Source: Acidimicrobiia bacterium
GTDB taxonomy: Bacteria; Actinomycetota; Acidimicrobiia; Spongiisociales; Spongiisociaceae
Direction: 5' to 3'
Length of the DNA: 64,000 bases
NCBI GenBank assembly: GCA_041576165.1
Contig: JBFGLM010000014.1
Span: 1-64,000 of the forward strand
The translations under genes and the position numbers were made by a program. Below are positions 18,524-29,830 of the stretch, in pieces (position 1 is the first letter of the stretch; every line of letters starts with the position of its first letter). Below the pieces are notes generated by a model. That model saw only the letters and a program-made list of their open reading frames with translations. It was not told the origin of the DNA and searched no databases.

Positions 18524-19069
18524 ATGATGGACGATCTGCTGGAAGACGCAGAGGCTCGCATGAGCCAGACGGTCGATCACGTGCAGGGGGAGTTCGCCAC
18601 GGTGCGCACCGGCCGGGCAAATCCCGGCATCCTGCACCGGGTGACGGTCGACTACTACGGCACCCAGACCCCCCTCCAGCAGCTGGCCACCGTTACTGTG
18701 CCCGAGCCGCGCATGCTGGTGGTGCAGCCGTTTGATCCTGGGGCCATAACCAACATCGAGCGTGCGATCCAGACGGCGGACCTGGGCCTCAACCCTTCCA
18801 ACGACGGCAAAGTGATCCGGCTCGCATTCCCCCCACTGACCGAGGAGCGTCGCAAGGATCTCATCCGGGTCGTGCGTCACATGGCTGAGGAAGGACGGGT
18901 GTCGATCCGTAACGTGCGACGCCACACACGGGATGATCTGGAAGAGGTGGGTCAGTCCGAAGACGATGTGCGGCGGGCGGAAAAGCAACTCCAGGACCTG
19001 ACCGACCAGTACATTGCCCGCATCGACGAGCTTCTCGAAAACAAGGAGCATGAGCTGCTCGAGGTGTGA
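18524..19069 (+). CDS. frr: Ribosome recycling factor
   Basis: VRTGRANP, LGLNPSNDG, PPLTEERRK. Confidence 0.98.
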   Translation: MMDDLLEDAEARMSQTVDHVQGEFATVRTGRANPGILHRVTVDYYGTQTPLQQLATVTVPEPRMLVVQPFDPGAITNIERAIQTADLGLNPSNDGKVIRLAFPPLTEERRKDLIRVVRHMAEEGRVSIRNVRRHTRDDLEEVGQSEDDVRRAEKQLQDLTDQYIARIDELLENKEHELLEV

Positions 19070-20268
19070 GCGTGCAGAACGACGACGACCAGCCCAACGA
19101 CAGAGACGAACCCGCGCAGACCCCGGACGAGACGGCCGGGGACCAAGAGGGCGGTGAGGTGCTGGCGTTCCCGGGACTGGGCGTTGAGTCTCCCGACGCG
19201 GGGGACGATGGAGAACTGGGTCTGGGCGACGAGGGAGACGAGTCCGAACTCGACTCGTTCACGCACGAACACTACGTGGCCTCCACCACCCGAGAGTATC
19301 GAGGCCTGGCCGAGGCGATCGAACGGTCCGCCAGGGAAGAACACGAACAGCAGGCGGTGGCGGCCTCGATGCCGGGTGTGCAAACCGGAGTCGTCGGCTT
19401 CGAAGACGTGACCGGGGAGGAAACCCCGGACATGGAAGCCATGCACCAGGCAGAGCGAGCCCAACGCAGCGACCTGTATCTGCGCATCGGAACTGGCCTG
19501 GGGCTGGTCGCGGTCCTGATTGGAGCGGTACTGGCCGGGGGCGGGTGGATCGCCCTGCTGCTTGCCCTCATCATCATCCTGGCGCTCGGAGAGTTCTACG
19601 CATCGGTCCGGCGGTCGGGGTTCGTACCGGTGGCCCTCTTCGGGCTGCTGGGTTCGATCGGTCTGCTCATCGGTACCTGGCGGAGCGGTCCATTCGCAAT
19701 CGGTGGGTTCATCGCCGCGACCATCGTGGCGGTGACCCTGTGGTTCTCGCTGGTTCCGCGCCGGGACCCGCTGGCGAATGCGGCCGTGACCGTTCTCGGC
19801 GTGGCCTGGATCGCCGGTCTGTTGGCGTTTGCGTATCCGATCTTCCAGTCGGGCGATATGGTGAACCTGGTCCTAGTGCTGGTAATGCTGACCGCCTTGT
19901 TCGACGTGGCGTCGTTCTTCGTCGGCAAGACCGTCGGCCGGACCCAGCTCGCGCCGGTTCTATCGCCCAACAAAACCGTGGAGGGTTTGGTGGGGGCCGT
20001 CGTGCTGACGATCGCGGCTGGTGCCGGGATCGGGGCATTGGGTGTCGCCGAGCCCTTCACCATCCGGTCCGGCATCGTTTTGGGGCTGGCCGTGAGCGTG
20101 TTTGCCCCCCTCGGGGACCTCGCCGAGTCAACCGTCAAGCGGCAGCTGGGAGTCAAGGACATGGGATCGATCCTGCCCGGCCACGGCGGCATGCTCGACC
20201 GGGTTGATGGCTTCATCTTCTCAGTGCCGGCCGCCTATCTCGTTTACCTCTGGTTCGGCTGGCTGTGA
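19066..20268 (+). CDS. cdsA: Phosphatidate cytidylyltransferase with acidic N-terminal extension
   Basis: SPNKTVEG, GDLAESTVKRQLGVKDMGSILPGHGGMLDRVD; multiple TM segments. Confidence 0.93.
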   Translation: MSVQNDDDQPNDRDEPAQTPDETAGDQEGGEVLAFPGLGVESPDAGDDGELGLGDEGDESELDSFTHEHYVASTTREYRGLAEAIERSAREEHEQQAVAASMPGVQTGVVGFEDVTGEETPDMEAMHQAERAQRSDLYLRIGTGLGLVAVLIGAVLAGGGWIALLLALIIILALGEFYASVRRSGFVPVALFGLLGSIGLLIGTWRSGPFAIGGFIAATIVAVTLWFSLVPRRDPLANAAVTVLGVAWIAGLLAFAYPIFQSGDMVNLVLVLVMLTALFDVASFFVGKTVGRTQLAPVLSPNKTVEGLVGAVVLTIAAGAGIGALGVAEPFTIRSGIVLGLAVSVFAPLGDLAESTVKRQLGVKDMGSILPGHGGMLDRVDGFIFSVPAAYLVYLWFGWL

Positions 20269-21380
20269 CACCGATCGTCGTCCTCGGGGCGACGGGTTCC
20301 ATCGGCCGCCAGACCCTCGACGTGGCTGCCCGGCTCGAGATCCCGGTTGTGGCACTCGCCGCCCGCCACCTGAGCGACGATCTACTCGACCTGGCCGCAC
20401 GCTTTCCAGACGCCGACCTCATAGTCGCCGAGGGTCCGGCCCGCGATGCGGGCCGGAGCCTGCAGGTTGGTCCCGAAGCGATCATCGCCGCCGCCGCTCG
20501 TCCAGCGGTGACGGTCGTGAACGGCATCGTGGGGGCGGCGGGGTTGCGGGCATCGCTCGCCGCGCTGGAGACGAGCAACCGGCTGGCCCTGGCCAACAAG
20601 GAGTCGATGGTCGCGGCCGGGCCGCTCATGTTGGCCGCCGCCGCTCGTCACGGCGGGATGCTGGTGCCCGTCGACTCGGAGCATTCGGCTCTCTTTCAGT
20701 GTCTCATTGGTGAAGACACGTCGCAGGTCCGTCGCGTGATCCTGACCGCATCGGGAGGGCCATTCCGCGAAGCGTCCCGCGACCAGCTGGCAAGCGTCAC
20801 CCCGCAACAGGCGCTCAGGCATCCCACGTGGAATATGGGCGCCCGGATAACAATCGATTCAGCCACTCTGTTCAACAAGGGTCTCGAGGTCATCGAGGCT
20901 CACCACCTGTTCGGGCTGTCGTACGACGCCATAGACGTCATCGTGCATCCTCAGAGCGTTGTCCACTCGCTGGTGGAGTTCTGCGACGGGAGCCTCAAAG
21001 CGCATCTGGGTGAGCCGGACATGCGGGTTCCGATCCAATATGCACTCACCTATCCGGGGCGGGCGCCGGGAGCGCTGGAACCATTCGACTTGGTGGGGCG
21101 TGCGTTGACCTTCGAAGCGCCCGACCGGGGAATGTTCCGGGCGCTGGATGTGGCGTACGCAGCCGGGCGTCGCGGGGGCACCGCCCCGGCGGTGCTGAAT
21201 GCGGCCGATGAAGTGGCAGTGGCTGCGTTTCTCGCGGGCAAGATCGCATTTCTCGCCATCGCCGACGTCATCGAGGAAACGCTCGATCGCCACGCCTGGT
21301 CCGAGGTCACTGCGCTGGAGCACGTGATCGCGGCCGACCAGGAAGCTCGGGAAATCGCTGAAGAAGTCGTTTCGCGCTAA
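20265..21380 (+). CDS. dxr: 1-deoxy-D-xylulose-5-phosphate reductoisomerase
   Basis: LGATGSIG, LANKES, PVDSEHSA, LTASGGPF, HPTWNMG. Confidence 0.97.
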   Translation: MTPIVVLGATGSIGRQTLDVAARLEIPVVALAARHLSDDLLDLAARFPDADLIVAEGPARDAGRSLQVGPEAIIAAAARPAVTVVNGIVGAAGLRASLAALETSNRLALANKESMVAAGPLMLAAAARHGGMLVPVDSEHSALFQCLIGEDTSQVRRVILTASGGPFREASRDQLASVTPQQALRHPTWNMGARITIDSATLFNKGLEVIEAHHLFGLSYDAIDVIVHPQSVVHSLVEFCDGSLKAHLGEPDMRVPIQYALTYPGRAPGALEPFDLVGRALTFEAPDRGMFRALDVAYAAGRRGGTAPAVLNAADEVAVAAFLAGKIAFLAIADVIEETLDRHAWSEVTALEHVIAADQEAREIAEEVVSR

Positions 21381-21424
21381 ACGGCGGCAGCCGATAACCT
21401 TGGTCAGTACGTTCTGGAGGTCCC

Positions 21425-22537
21425 GTGCTCGGCGGACTCGCAATGGTGGTAGCCATCGCCCTGTTCATCATGGTGCATGAAGCAGGTCACTTCTTGGCGG
21501 CCAAGGCCACCGGCATGAAGGCCACCGAGTTCTTCCTGGGGTTTGGTCCCAAGATCTGGTCGTTTCAGCGGGGCGAAACCGAGTATGGGGTCAAGGCGAT
21601 CCCGTTCGGGGGCTACGTCCGCATACTTGGTATGAACCCCTATGAGGAGATCGACCCGGCCGATGTCGGGCGTACCTACCGCGAGAAGAAGTTCTGGCAA
21701 AAGACCGTGGTGGTCTTGTCCGGGGTTGCGCTCAACTTCGCCATGGCCTACATCATCCTCTTCGGGCTGGCGTGGTACACCGGCGTCCGTGAAGTCACGA
21801 CGACGATCGATGAAGTAACGACAACAATCACCGACACCGACATCACCAGCCCTGCCTCGCTCGCCGGGCTGCGGGTTGGAGATCAGCTGGTCGCCATCGA
21901 CGGAATCGAGGTGGAGGGCTGGCTCCAAGCCACCGAGCTCATTGCCGCTCGTCCCGGCCGGACTGTGGATCTCGAGATCATCCGCGACGGCGCCACCCGC
22001 GTGCTGACGGCTGCGCTGGGTGAGGTCGATCGAGGTGATGGCGAGATCGTTGGTTTCCTGGGTGTGCGGCCCCGCCTGATCACCAACTCAATTGGGCCGC
22101 TCACGGCCGGCCGGGTGGCCGCGGACGAGTTCGTCTTCCTCGTCCAGCAATCGGTCATCAGCATCGGCCGGCTGATCAGCCCTTCGTCGCTGGCCGAGCT
22201 GAGTGGGGCGCTGTTTGGCGACACCGAGGTTCCCGACGAGATCCGGCCGGTCAGTCCAATCGGCCTGGTGCAACTGGGGTCTCAAGCCGAGCGGGTTGGG
22301 GTCGGCAACCTCTTCTTCATCCTGGCATCCGTGAACATCATTCTTGGGCTGTTCAACTCGATCCCGCTGTACCCGCTCGACGGCGGGCATTTCGCAGTCG
22401 CCGTGTATGAGCGGCTCACCCACCGCGAAGCGGACGTACGGCGACTGGCGCCGATCGCAGCCGCCGTCATCGCGCTGATGGTCTTCCTGGGGCTGGTGGC
22501 GATCGTTCTGGACGTGGCCAACCCGATCGCGCTGTGA
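21425..22537 (+). CDS. rseP: Site-2 (M50) membrane zinc metalloprotease with PDZ domain
   Basis: HEAGH, GFGP, FNSIPLYPLDGGH. Confidence 0.92.
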   Translation: MLGGLAMVVAIALFIMVHEAGHFLAAKATGMKATEFFLGFGPKIWSFQRGETEYGVKAIPFGGYVRILGMNPYEEIDPADVGRTYREKKFWQKTVVVLSGVALNFAMAYIILFGLAWYTGVREVTTTIDEVTTTITDTDITSPASLAGLRVGDQLVAIDGIEVEGWLQATELIAARPGRTVDLEIIRDGATRVLTAALGEVDRGDGEIVGFLGVRPRLITNSIGPLTAGRVAADEFVFLVQQSVISIGRLISPSSLAELSGALFGDTEVPDEIRPVSPIGLVQLGSQAERVGVGNLFFILASVNIILGLFNSIPLYPLDGGHFAVAVYERLTHREADVRRLAPIAAAVIALMVFLGLVAIVLDVANPIAL

Positions 22538-22554
22538 ACGGGTGAGTGAAGGGG

Positions 22555-23772
22555 ATGACGGCACAGGTCCAACCTGAGCGGCGGATCACACGCCAGGTCC
22601 ACGTCGGGAAGGTGGCGGTCGGGGGTGACGCGCCCATCTCGGTGCAGTCGATGACAACCACTAAGACTGCCGACGTCGACGGCACGCTCGCCCAGGTGTA
22701 CGCGCTGGCGGCGGCCGGGGCCGACATCGTTCGGATCACCTGCAACGACGTGGAAGCTGCCCAGGGTCTGGCCGAGATCGTGCCCCGATCGCCGGTCCCG
22801 ATCGTGGCCGACATCCATTTTCAATACCGGCTCGCGCTGGCAGCACTAGAAGCGGGGGTCAACGGGTTGCGGCTGAACCCGGGCAACATCCGAAAGCCCG
22901 ACCAGATCAAAACGGTGGCGCGCGAGGCCAAAGATCGTGGGGTGCCGATTCGGGTTGGTGTCAACGGCGGGTCTCTCGACAAAGACCTGCTGGAGAAGCA
23001 CGGGGCAGCGACGCCGGCCGCGCTGGTGGAGTCGGCGATGAAAGAGATCGGATATCTCCACGAGGTCGACTTCACCGACATCAAGATCTCGGTGAAGCAT
23101 TCCCACGTTCCGTCGATGGTCGATGCCTACCGCCTGCTGGCGGAAACCGTGGACTACCCGCTACACCTTGGCGTCACCGAGGCCGGTCCGCCCCCGGGAG
23201 GGCTCATCAAGTCAGTGGCGGGGATCGGCACCCTGCTGCTCGAGGGAATCGGCGACACCATCCGCTTCTCGCTCACCGCAGATCCAGTCGAGGAAGCCAA
23301 GGCGGGTCGCCAGCTCCTCGAATACCTGGGCCTGCGTGAGCGCACCAGCCTGGACCTGATCGCGTGCCCCAGCTGCGGTCGGGCCGAAGTGGACGTGCTC
23401 GAAGTTGCGCAAGCGGCGCAGCGGCGTCTGGAAGAAGAGGAGCTCCCGATCCAGGTAGCTGTGATGGGGTGTGTTGTCAACGGCCCAGGCGAAGCCCGGG
23501 AAGCCGACATCGGGATCGCAGCCGGTCGTGGCAAAGGTCACCTCTTCATCAAGGGCCAGGTCGTGCGGGTGGTGCATGAAGACGAGATGGTGGATGCGCT
23601 GGTCCACGAGGCCCGGCTCTTGAGCGAACAAGGTGTGGAAGCCCGATTGGCCGCGGCCGATGACGACGCCGCCGCGATCGCGGAAGCTGCCCGCACCGAG
23701 CTGATCCAAATCCAGGGTGACGCAAACGACGCAGTCGCCCGCCGCCGGGCGGTAGCCGACGTGGCGAAGTAG
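22555..23772 (+). CDS. ispG: HMBPP synthase (4Fe-4S)
   Basis: ISVQSMTTT, VADIHF, RLNPGNI, ACPSCGR, MGCVVNGPGE. Confidence 0.98.
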   Translation: MTAQVQPERRITRQVHVGKVAVGGDAPISVQSMTTTKTADVDGTLAQVYALAAAGADIVRITCNDVEAAQGLAEIVPRSPVPIVADIHFQYRLALAALEAGVNGLRLNPGNIRKPDQIKTVAREAKDRGVPIRVGVNGGSLDKDLLEKHGAATPAALVESAMKEIGYLHEVDFTDIKISVKHSHVPSMVDAYRLLAETVDYPLHLGVTEAGPPPGGLIKSVAGIGTLLLEGIGDTIRFSLTADPVEEAKAGRQLLEYLGLRERTSLDLIACPSCGRAEVDVLEVAQAAQRRLEEEELPIQVAVMGCVVNGPGEAREADIGIAAGRGKGHLFIKGQVVRVVHEDEMVDALVHEARLLSEQGVEARLAAADDDAAAIAEAARTELIQIQGDANDAVARRRAVADVAK

Positions 23773-23874
23773 GCCGCAGCGAAATCTCCGGCCGGGGGGA
23801 CCGACATCTGACCAACCCTGGCCGACACGGCCGGATTCGGGCTGTATCCTCCCGCTCCCGATCAAGGACGAGCG

Positions 23875-25581
23875 TTGCGCTGGTCTCAAGCGTTCATACC
23901 GACATTGCGGGCGGATCCGGCCGACGCCGAAGCCGCCAGTCACAAGCTGCTGGTTCGAGGCGGCTTCATCCGCCAATTGATGGCTGGTTCTTATTCGTTG
24001 TTGCCGCTCGGGATGCGGGTGGCAACGAAGGTCTCCGACATCATTCGCGCAGAAATGAACGCCATCGGCGGTCAGGAGTTCCTGTTGCCGGTCGTCCACC
24101 CGGGCGAAGTGTGGAAGAAGAGCGGCCGGTGGGACAACGTCGAGGGAATCCTCGTGAAGTTCAGGGATCGCAAGGACACGGACCTGTTGCTCGCCATGAC
24201 CCACGAAGAGATCTTTGCGCTGCTTGCGTCGGAAATGAGCTCATACCGCGATCTGCCTCAGCTCTGGTACCACCTTCAGACCAAGTTTCGCGACGAACCG
24301 CGGCCCAAGGCCGGCCTCCTGCGGGTCCGGGAGTTCACGATGAAGGACTCGTACTCGTTCGACATCGACAATGCCGGCCTGGACCGCCAGTTCGAGCTGC
24401 ACCGCGGGGCCTACACGCAAATCTTCTCACGGTTCGGTCTGGAGACGATCCCGGTTGAGGCCAGCTCCGGATCGATGGGCGGCTCCGAATCCGTCGAATT
24501 CATGATCAGATCTGAGGCCGGTGAGGACCTCATCGCAGTCTGCTCGGCCTGTGCGTACGCTGCCAACATCGAACGCGCCACCTCGCCGTCCAGCCTCGTC
24601 GAGGATGGTCCCGGCCGTGACGCGCCCGAACGCTTCCCGACACCCGGTATTCGCACCATCGCCGCGCTGGCTGAGCTGGGCGATTTCTCCGCCGCAGAAC
24701 GGCAGATCAAGACACTGGCCTACATCATCGGGAGCCGGCTGACACTGGTCCTGCTGCGGGGCGATCACCAACTTCAAGAGCAGAAGCTCATGGACGGCAG
24801 CGGCGGGGCCGAGGTGCGTCCCGCCCATGAAGACGAGATCGTCGCCGCCCTGGGTGCCCACCCCGGCAGCCTCGGTGCGGTCGGCGTGGAGCTTCCCGTT
24901 GTTGCGGACCCTGCTTTGCAGGGCCGGCGCGACATGGTGACCGGAGCGAACGAAGACGACTGGCATTTGCGGGGCGTCGATGTCGGACGGGACCTCAAGG
25001 TCGACCAATGGTTGGAGATGCGGTCGGTCGAGGCGGGCGATCCCTGCCCCGAATGTGACGGCACCCTGTCGATCGACCGCACCATCGAGGTCGGGCATAT
25101 CTTCAAACTGGGCACGTTATACAGCAAGGCGCTGGGGGCGACCGTGCTCGACGAGGAGGGGGTGGAGCGAACCATCGTGATGGGCAGCTATGGGATCGGC
25201 GTGGGACGGGCCGTGGCTGCGATCGTTGAAACCCACCACGATGAAGCCGGCATCATGTGGCCGGTGTCGGTCGCACCATACGAGGTGGTTTTGACGGTTT
25301 TGCGCCCAGGTGATGACGAGCCGGCGAAAGCAGGAGCCTCGCTCTACGAACAGCTACGAGCAGCCGGTATCGACGTGTTGCTCGACGATCGTGATGAGCG
25401 ACCTGGGGTCAAGTTTGCCGATGCCGAACTGATCGGAGTGCCATGGAGGGTGACGATCGGGCCCCGGGGGTTGGAAAGCGGGGTCGTCGAGCTGGTCGAG
25501 CGTGCCACCGGACACAAGGACGAAGTCGCTCTCGATGACATCGTGCCCCGGCTCGTAGAGCACGTCACGTCGGCCCGATGA
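23875..25581 (+). CDS. proS: Proline--tRNA ligase
   Basis: SHKLLVRGGFIRQ, KFRDEPRP, REFTMKDSYSF, IEVGHIFKLG, MGSYGIG. Confidence 0.98.
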   Translation: MRWSQAFIPTLRADPADAEAASHKLLVRGGFIRQLMAGSYSLLPLGMRVATKVSDIIRAEMNAIGGQEFLLPVVHPGEVWKKSGRWDNVEGILVKFRDRKDTDLLLAMTHEEIFALLASEMSSYRDLPQLWYHLQTKFRDEPRPKAGLLRVREFTMKDSYSFDIDNAGLDRQFELHRGAYTQIFSRFGLETIPVEASSGSMGGSESVEFMIRSEAGEDLIAVCSACAYAANIERATSPSSLVEDGPGRDAPERFPTPGIRTIAALAELGDFSAAERQIKTLAYIIGSRLTLVLLRGDHQLQEQKLMDGSGGAEVRPAHEDEIVAALGAHPGSLGAVGVELPVVADPALQGRRDMVTGANEDDWHLRGVDVGRDLKVDQWLEMRSVEAGDPCPECDGTLSIDRTIEVGHIFKLGTLYSKALGATVLDEEGVERTIVMGSYGIGVGRAVAAIVETHHDEAGIMWPVSVAPYEVVLTVLRPGDDEPAKAGASLYEQLRAAGIDVLLDDRDERPGVKFADAELIGVPWRVTIGPRGLESGVVELVERATGHKDEVALDDIVPRLVEHVTSAR

Positions 25582-25629
25582 GTGCGTTCGGGCGCCGAGA
25601 ACGGCGGCTAGGTGTCAGGGACTGTTTGC

Positions 25630-25690
25630 TATAGTCACTGGCTGACAACGGACGCTACGCACTGGAAGTGGGCGCCCAGCCCACTTTTTT
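25630..25690 (+). promoter_or_regulatory. rimP promoter and rimP-leader attenuator hairpin
   Basis: TATAGT -10 then AAGTGGGC-gccca-GCCCACTT-TTTT, the conserved rimP leader terminator form. Confidence 0.75.
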
Positions 25691-25758
25691 GTTGTGCAAT
25701 GCCCGGCCGCTGCGGCGGTGCCGTTGTGAGGTGCAGTGAACACGATTAACGACGAGAC

Positions 25759-26262
25759 ATGGTGGACATCGCGTTGGGAAACGAGACCGAGCAGCTGTGG
25801 GACCTCCTCGCAGGTTATCTCGGCGCGGAAGCGCTCGAACTCGACGATCTGGAGGTCGCAGGAAGCGGCAGGGGACGGGTCATCCGTGTGGTGGTGGACA
25901 CCGATGGTGGTGTCGACATCGATCGGCTTGCCGAGACCTCCCGAGCGCTGTCGCGGTTGTTGGATGCAAACGATCCCTTCGAAGGCTCCTACACGCTAGA
26001 GGTCACGTCTCCCGGCCTGGAGCGCAAGCTACGCCGACCACGCCATTTCGAGAAGTCGATCGGACGGTCCGTGACGATCAAGACCAGCCAGGAGATCGAC
26101 GGGACTCGCCGTCACGACGGCGACCTCGAGTCGGTCGACGGGCGCGGGGTGGTGATCCAGACCGCGAGCGGCGAGCGGCGGATCGATTTCGACGACATCG
26201 CGTCCGCCCGCACGGTGTTCGAGTGGCAGCGCAACCCAAAGCCTGGCAAGAAATCGGGGTGA
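25759..26262 (+). CDS. rimP: Ribosome maturation factor RimP
   Basis: YTLEVTSPGLERKL; position before nusA. Confidence 0.94.
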   Translation: MVDIALGNETEQLWDLLAGYLGAEALELDDLEVAGSGRGRVIRVVVDTDGGVDIDRLAETSRALSRLLDANDPFEGSYTLEVTSPGLERKLRRPRHFEKSIGRSVTIKTSQEIDGTRRHDGDLESVDGRGVVIQTASGERRIDFDDIASARTVFEWQRNPKPGKKSG

Positions 26263-26266
26263 AGCC

Positions 26267-27583
26267 ATGAGGATCGACGAACAGGTGATGGAGGCGCTCG
26301 AGATGCTCGAGCGCGAACGCGGGATACCGGTCGACACGATTCTCGATGCGCTTGCCAACGCCCTTGTCTCCGCTTACAAACGCAGCCCCGGCGCAGCCGA
26401 GGAGGCGCGAGTGACGATCGATGCGGACTCTGGTGAGATCGTCGTGTACGCCCAGGAACTGGACGAAGACGGCAACGTCGTCAAAGAGTGGGAGGACACT
26501 CCTGGCGATTTCGGTCGTATTGCCGCGCAGACGGCCAAGCAGGTCATCGCCCAGCGTCTGCGGGAGGCGAAACGCGACCAGGTTTTCGATCTGTATGAAG
26601 GCCGCGAAGGTGATCTGGTGACAGGTCTGGTGCAGCAGCACGACCACCGATACACGATCCTCGACCTCGGCAACGCCGAGGCGATGATGCCTGGGTCGGA
26701 ACGAATCCCGTACGAACGTTTGGATCGGGGCGCCCGCGTCAAGGCGCTGATTCTCGAGGTGCGCGGCGAGGTGAAAGGTCCCCAGATCGTGGTGAGTCGG
26801 AGTCATCCCGATTTCGTACGACGCCTGCTCGAGCTGGAGGTCCCCGAGTTACTGGACCGCACCGTGGAGATCAAAGCCATTGCCCGTGAACCCGGGCACC
26901 GCACGAAGATCGCAGTTGCGTCGAACGACCCGAACGTCGATCCGAAGGGCGCATGCGTGGGTGCCCGAGGCGCTCGGGTCCGCCAGGTCGTCAACGAGCT
27001 CCGGGGTGAGAAGGTCGACGTCGTCCAATGGCGCGAGGAACGGGAGCAGTTCATTGCTGAGGCGCTCGGCCCGGCAAAGGTGCGGGAGGTCGTCATCGAC
27101 GACGAGCTGGAGACGGCCACGGTGACGGTCAGCGATCACCAGCTGTCTCTCGCCATCGGCAAAGAGGGCCAGAACGCGCGCCTCGCCGCCCGCCTCACCG
27201 GCTATCGCATCGACATTCGCTCCGACGCTATGGAGGCAACCGGCCCTGAGGCCGCGCCGGCAGCTGGTGCGAGCGCCGGGCGCGTGGCGCCGGCGGGAGA
27301 TCAGCCGGAACAGGCGGCGACCGACGCGTCCCCGACGGAGCCAGTCGAGGACGCCGGTGCGGAGGATGTCGCGGCCGCCGAAGATTCGGCGGCGGTGGAG
27401 GGTGTGGTGGCTGCCGATTCGGCGGCGGTTGAGGGTGTGGCGGTTGCAGATGCGGCGGCGGCGGGTGTGGCGGTTGCAGACGCATCTGCCGACGACGCGC
27501 CGCCGGCGGATGAAGTTGCGACCCGCGACGGCGAAGATGTGGCCGAATCCTCCGACGCTGGAGAAAGTGACGAAGAAGAGTGA
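26267..27583 (+). CDS. nusA: Transcription elongation factor NusA with acidic repeat tail
   Basis: FGRIAAQTAKQVI, AREPGHRTKIAV, LAIGKEGQNARLAARLTG. Confidence 0.98.
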   Translation: MRIDEQVMEALEMLERERGIPVDTILDALANALVSAYKRSPGAAEEARVTIDADSGEIVVYAQELDEDGNVVKEWEDTPGDFGRIAAQTAKQVIAQRLREAKRDQVFDLYEGREGDLVTGLVQQHDHRYTILDLGNAEAMMPGSERIPYERLDRGARVKALILEVRGEVKGPQIVVSRSHPDFVRRLLELEVPELLDRTVEIKAIAREPGHRTKIAVASNDPNVDPKGACVGARGARVRQVVNELRGEKVDVVQWREEREQFIAEALGPAKVREVVIDDELETATVTVSDHQLSLAIGKEGQNARLAARLTGYRIDIRSDAMEATGPEAAPAAGASAGRVAPAGDQPEQAATDASPTEPVEDAGAEDVAAAEDSAAVEGVVAADSAAVEGVAVADAAAAGVAVADASADDAPPADEVATRDGEDVAESSDAGESDEEE

Positions 27584-27632
27584 CGGCGCCCGGCGGCGGG
27601 GACCGCCGGCGCAAGAGTGACCTGAGGAAGTC

Positions 27633-29783
27633 GTGGCGAAAGTAAGAATCTACGAAATCGCAAGAGAGCTCGACCTCGAATCGAAGGTCGTGCTCCAGCG
27701 CGCCCAGGAACTCGGCTTCGACGTCAAGACCGCTTCTTCGGGGATCGAGGAGGCCGACGCAGACACCGTTCGGTCTTCCTTCAACGGCGGTGACGCTGGT
27801 GGCTCCGAAGCGGCGGTCGCCGAGCCCGAGCCGGCGCGGCCAGAACCCGAGCCCGGGCCAACCCCCGAGCCAGTCCCAGAGGTAGCGCCGGAACCCGCTC
27901 CCGAGCCGGCACCCGCTCCCGAGCCGGCACCCGCTCCCGAGCCGCACGCTGCCGCCGAGCCCGACGCGGCCGAGCAAGCCCAGTCGGAAACCGCAGCCGC
28001 GCCCGCCACAGATCTGCGTGAGCTTATCGTCCAGCAAGGAATCACCGCCGCCGAGCTGGCAAGGGCCTTGAATGTCCCGGTCGGGGCAGTCGTCAAGACC
28101 ATGCTCGAGATGGGGGAGATGGTGGCGGCCAACGCTCCGGTCCCCGACGAAGCCATCGAGCTCGTAGGGGAGCAGTTCGGCTATCTCATCGACATCGAGT
28201 TGACCGAGGCCGAGGAGGATGCGACGGTCACCGTCCGGGCGAAGCGCACCTTTGACGATGATGAGAAGGACCTGGTCTCCCGCCCCCCTGTGGTGACAGT
28301 CATGGGCCACGTCGATCACGGCAAGACCACCCTTCTCGACGCTATCCGTGCTACGAACGTCGTCGAGGGAGAGGCGGGCGGCATCACCCAGCACATCGGC
28401 GCCTATCAGGTCGACGTCAACGATCGTAAGCTCACCTTCATCGACACGCCCGGCCATGCCGCGTTCACCGCCATGCGAGCCCGCGGGGCCGAGGTGACCG
28501 ACATCGTCGTGCTGGTGGTCGCGGCAAATGACGGGGTGATGCCGCAGACGGCCGAAGCTATCAGCCACGCCAAGGCGGCCGGAGTACCGATCATCGTCGC
28601 CATCAACAAGATCGACATTCCGGGCGCCGACCCCAACACGGTCCGGGCTCAACTCACGGAATACGAACTGGTGACCGAAGAGCTCGGTGGTGAGACGATT
28701 TCGGTCGAAGTCTCGGCGCTCGGCGGCGAGGGCATCGACAATCTCCTCGAGATGATCGATCTGGTCGCCCAACTGGAGGACTTCAAAGCCAATCCCAAAC
28801 CCGCTGCGTCCGGAGTCGTGGTTGAGAGCGAGCTGGACACCGGGCGAGGTCCGGTGGCGACATTGATCGTGCAACGAGGCACGCTGAAACAGGGCGATTC
28901 GATCGTTGCAGGTCCGGTTGCCGGACGAGCCCGCGCCATGACCGACGAGAACGGAGTGCGTCTCAAGACGGCAGGCCCCTCGACTCCGGTAGAGGTGATC
29001 GGCTGGGCGGATGTTCCCTCTGCCGGCGATTTCTTCGAGGTGGTCAAGAACGACAAGGAGGCCCGGGCCCAGGCGGCCAAAGTCGTGGAGGAAATGCGGG
29101 CGCGAGATCTGGTCGTGCCTACCGCCCGGGAGCGTCTGACCGCGCTGCTCGAACAGATGCACACCGAGGACGAGGCGGAGCTGCGGCTGATCATCAAGGC
29201 GGATGTGGCCGGATCGGTCGAGGCGATTCGCGACGCCGTCGGCAAGATAGGTCGCGAAGGCGGCAAGATCACAATCATCCACACGGGAGTTGGCGGCATC
29301 ACCGAAAACGACGTGATCCTGGCCGACACCACCGAGGCGATCGTCGTGGGTTTCAACGTCCGACCAGATGGCAAATCGCGGCGCCTCGCCGAACAGAACG
29401 GCATCGAGATACGCACGTACGCGGTGATCTACGAGCTGCTCGACGAGATCGAGCAGATGCTGGTAGGCCGTCTGGCGCCCGAAGAGGTGGAGCACATTCT
29501 CGGAGCGGCCGAAATCCGGGCGACGTTCCGGGTGCCGCGGCTTGGGCAGGTAGCCGGCTGCTACGTCACCGAGGGCCGGGTCGTGCGTGGGTCCCGAGCC
29601 CGGCTGATCCGCCAGGGTGTGGTGATCTATGACGGGCGCATCGCCTCCCTGCGACGTTTCAAAGACGACGTTTCGGAAGTTGCGGCCGGCTATGAATGCG
29701 GCATCGGGCTCGAGAACTTCGCCGACGTCAAGGAAGACGACGTGATCGAGGCGTACCGTGTCGACGAGGTTGCGCAAACCTGA
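27633..29783 (+). CDS. infB: Translation initiation factor IF-2
   Basis: [35 protein letters not shown]; PE/PA-rich linker. Confidence 0.99.
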   Translation: MAKVRIYEIARELDLESKVVLQRAQELGFDVKTASSGIEEADADTVRSSFNGGDAGGSEAAVAEPEPARPEPEPGPTPEPVPEVAPEPAPEPAPAPEPAPAPEPHAAAEPDAAEQAQSETAAAPATDLRELIVQQGITAAELARALNVPVGAVVKTMLEMGEMVAANAPVPDEAIELVGEQFGYLIDIELTEAEEDATVTVRAKRTFDDDEKDLVSRPPVVTVMGHVDHGKTTLLDAIRATNVVEGEAGGITQHIGAYQVDVNDRKLTFIDTPGHAAFTAMRARGAEVTDIVVLVVAANDGVMPQTAEAISHAKAAGVPIIVAINKIDIPGADPNTVRAQLTEYELVTEELGGETISVEVSALGGEGIDNLLEMIDLVAQLEDFKANPKPAASGVVVESELDTGRGPVATLIVQRGTLKQGDSIVAGPVAGRARAMTDENGVRLKTAGPSTPVEVIGWADVPSAGDFFEVVKNDKEARAQAAKVVEEMRARDLVVPTARERLTALLEQMHTEDEAELRLIIKADVAGSVEAIRDAVGKIGREGGKITIIHTGVGGITENDVILADTTEAIVVGFNVRPDGKSRRLAEQNGIEIRTYAVIYELLDEIEQMLVGRLAPEEVEHILGAAEIRATFRVPRLGQVAGCYVTEGRVVRGSRARLIRQGVVIYDGRIASLRRFKDDVSEVAAGYECGIGLENFADVKEDDVIEAYRVDEVAQT

Positions 29784-29830
29784 CCGGTAGCAGGCTGACG
29801 CTGCCTCCAGGTCGTCGTAGGGTAGAAGCA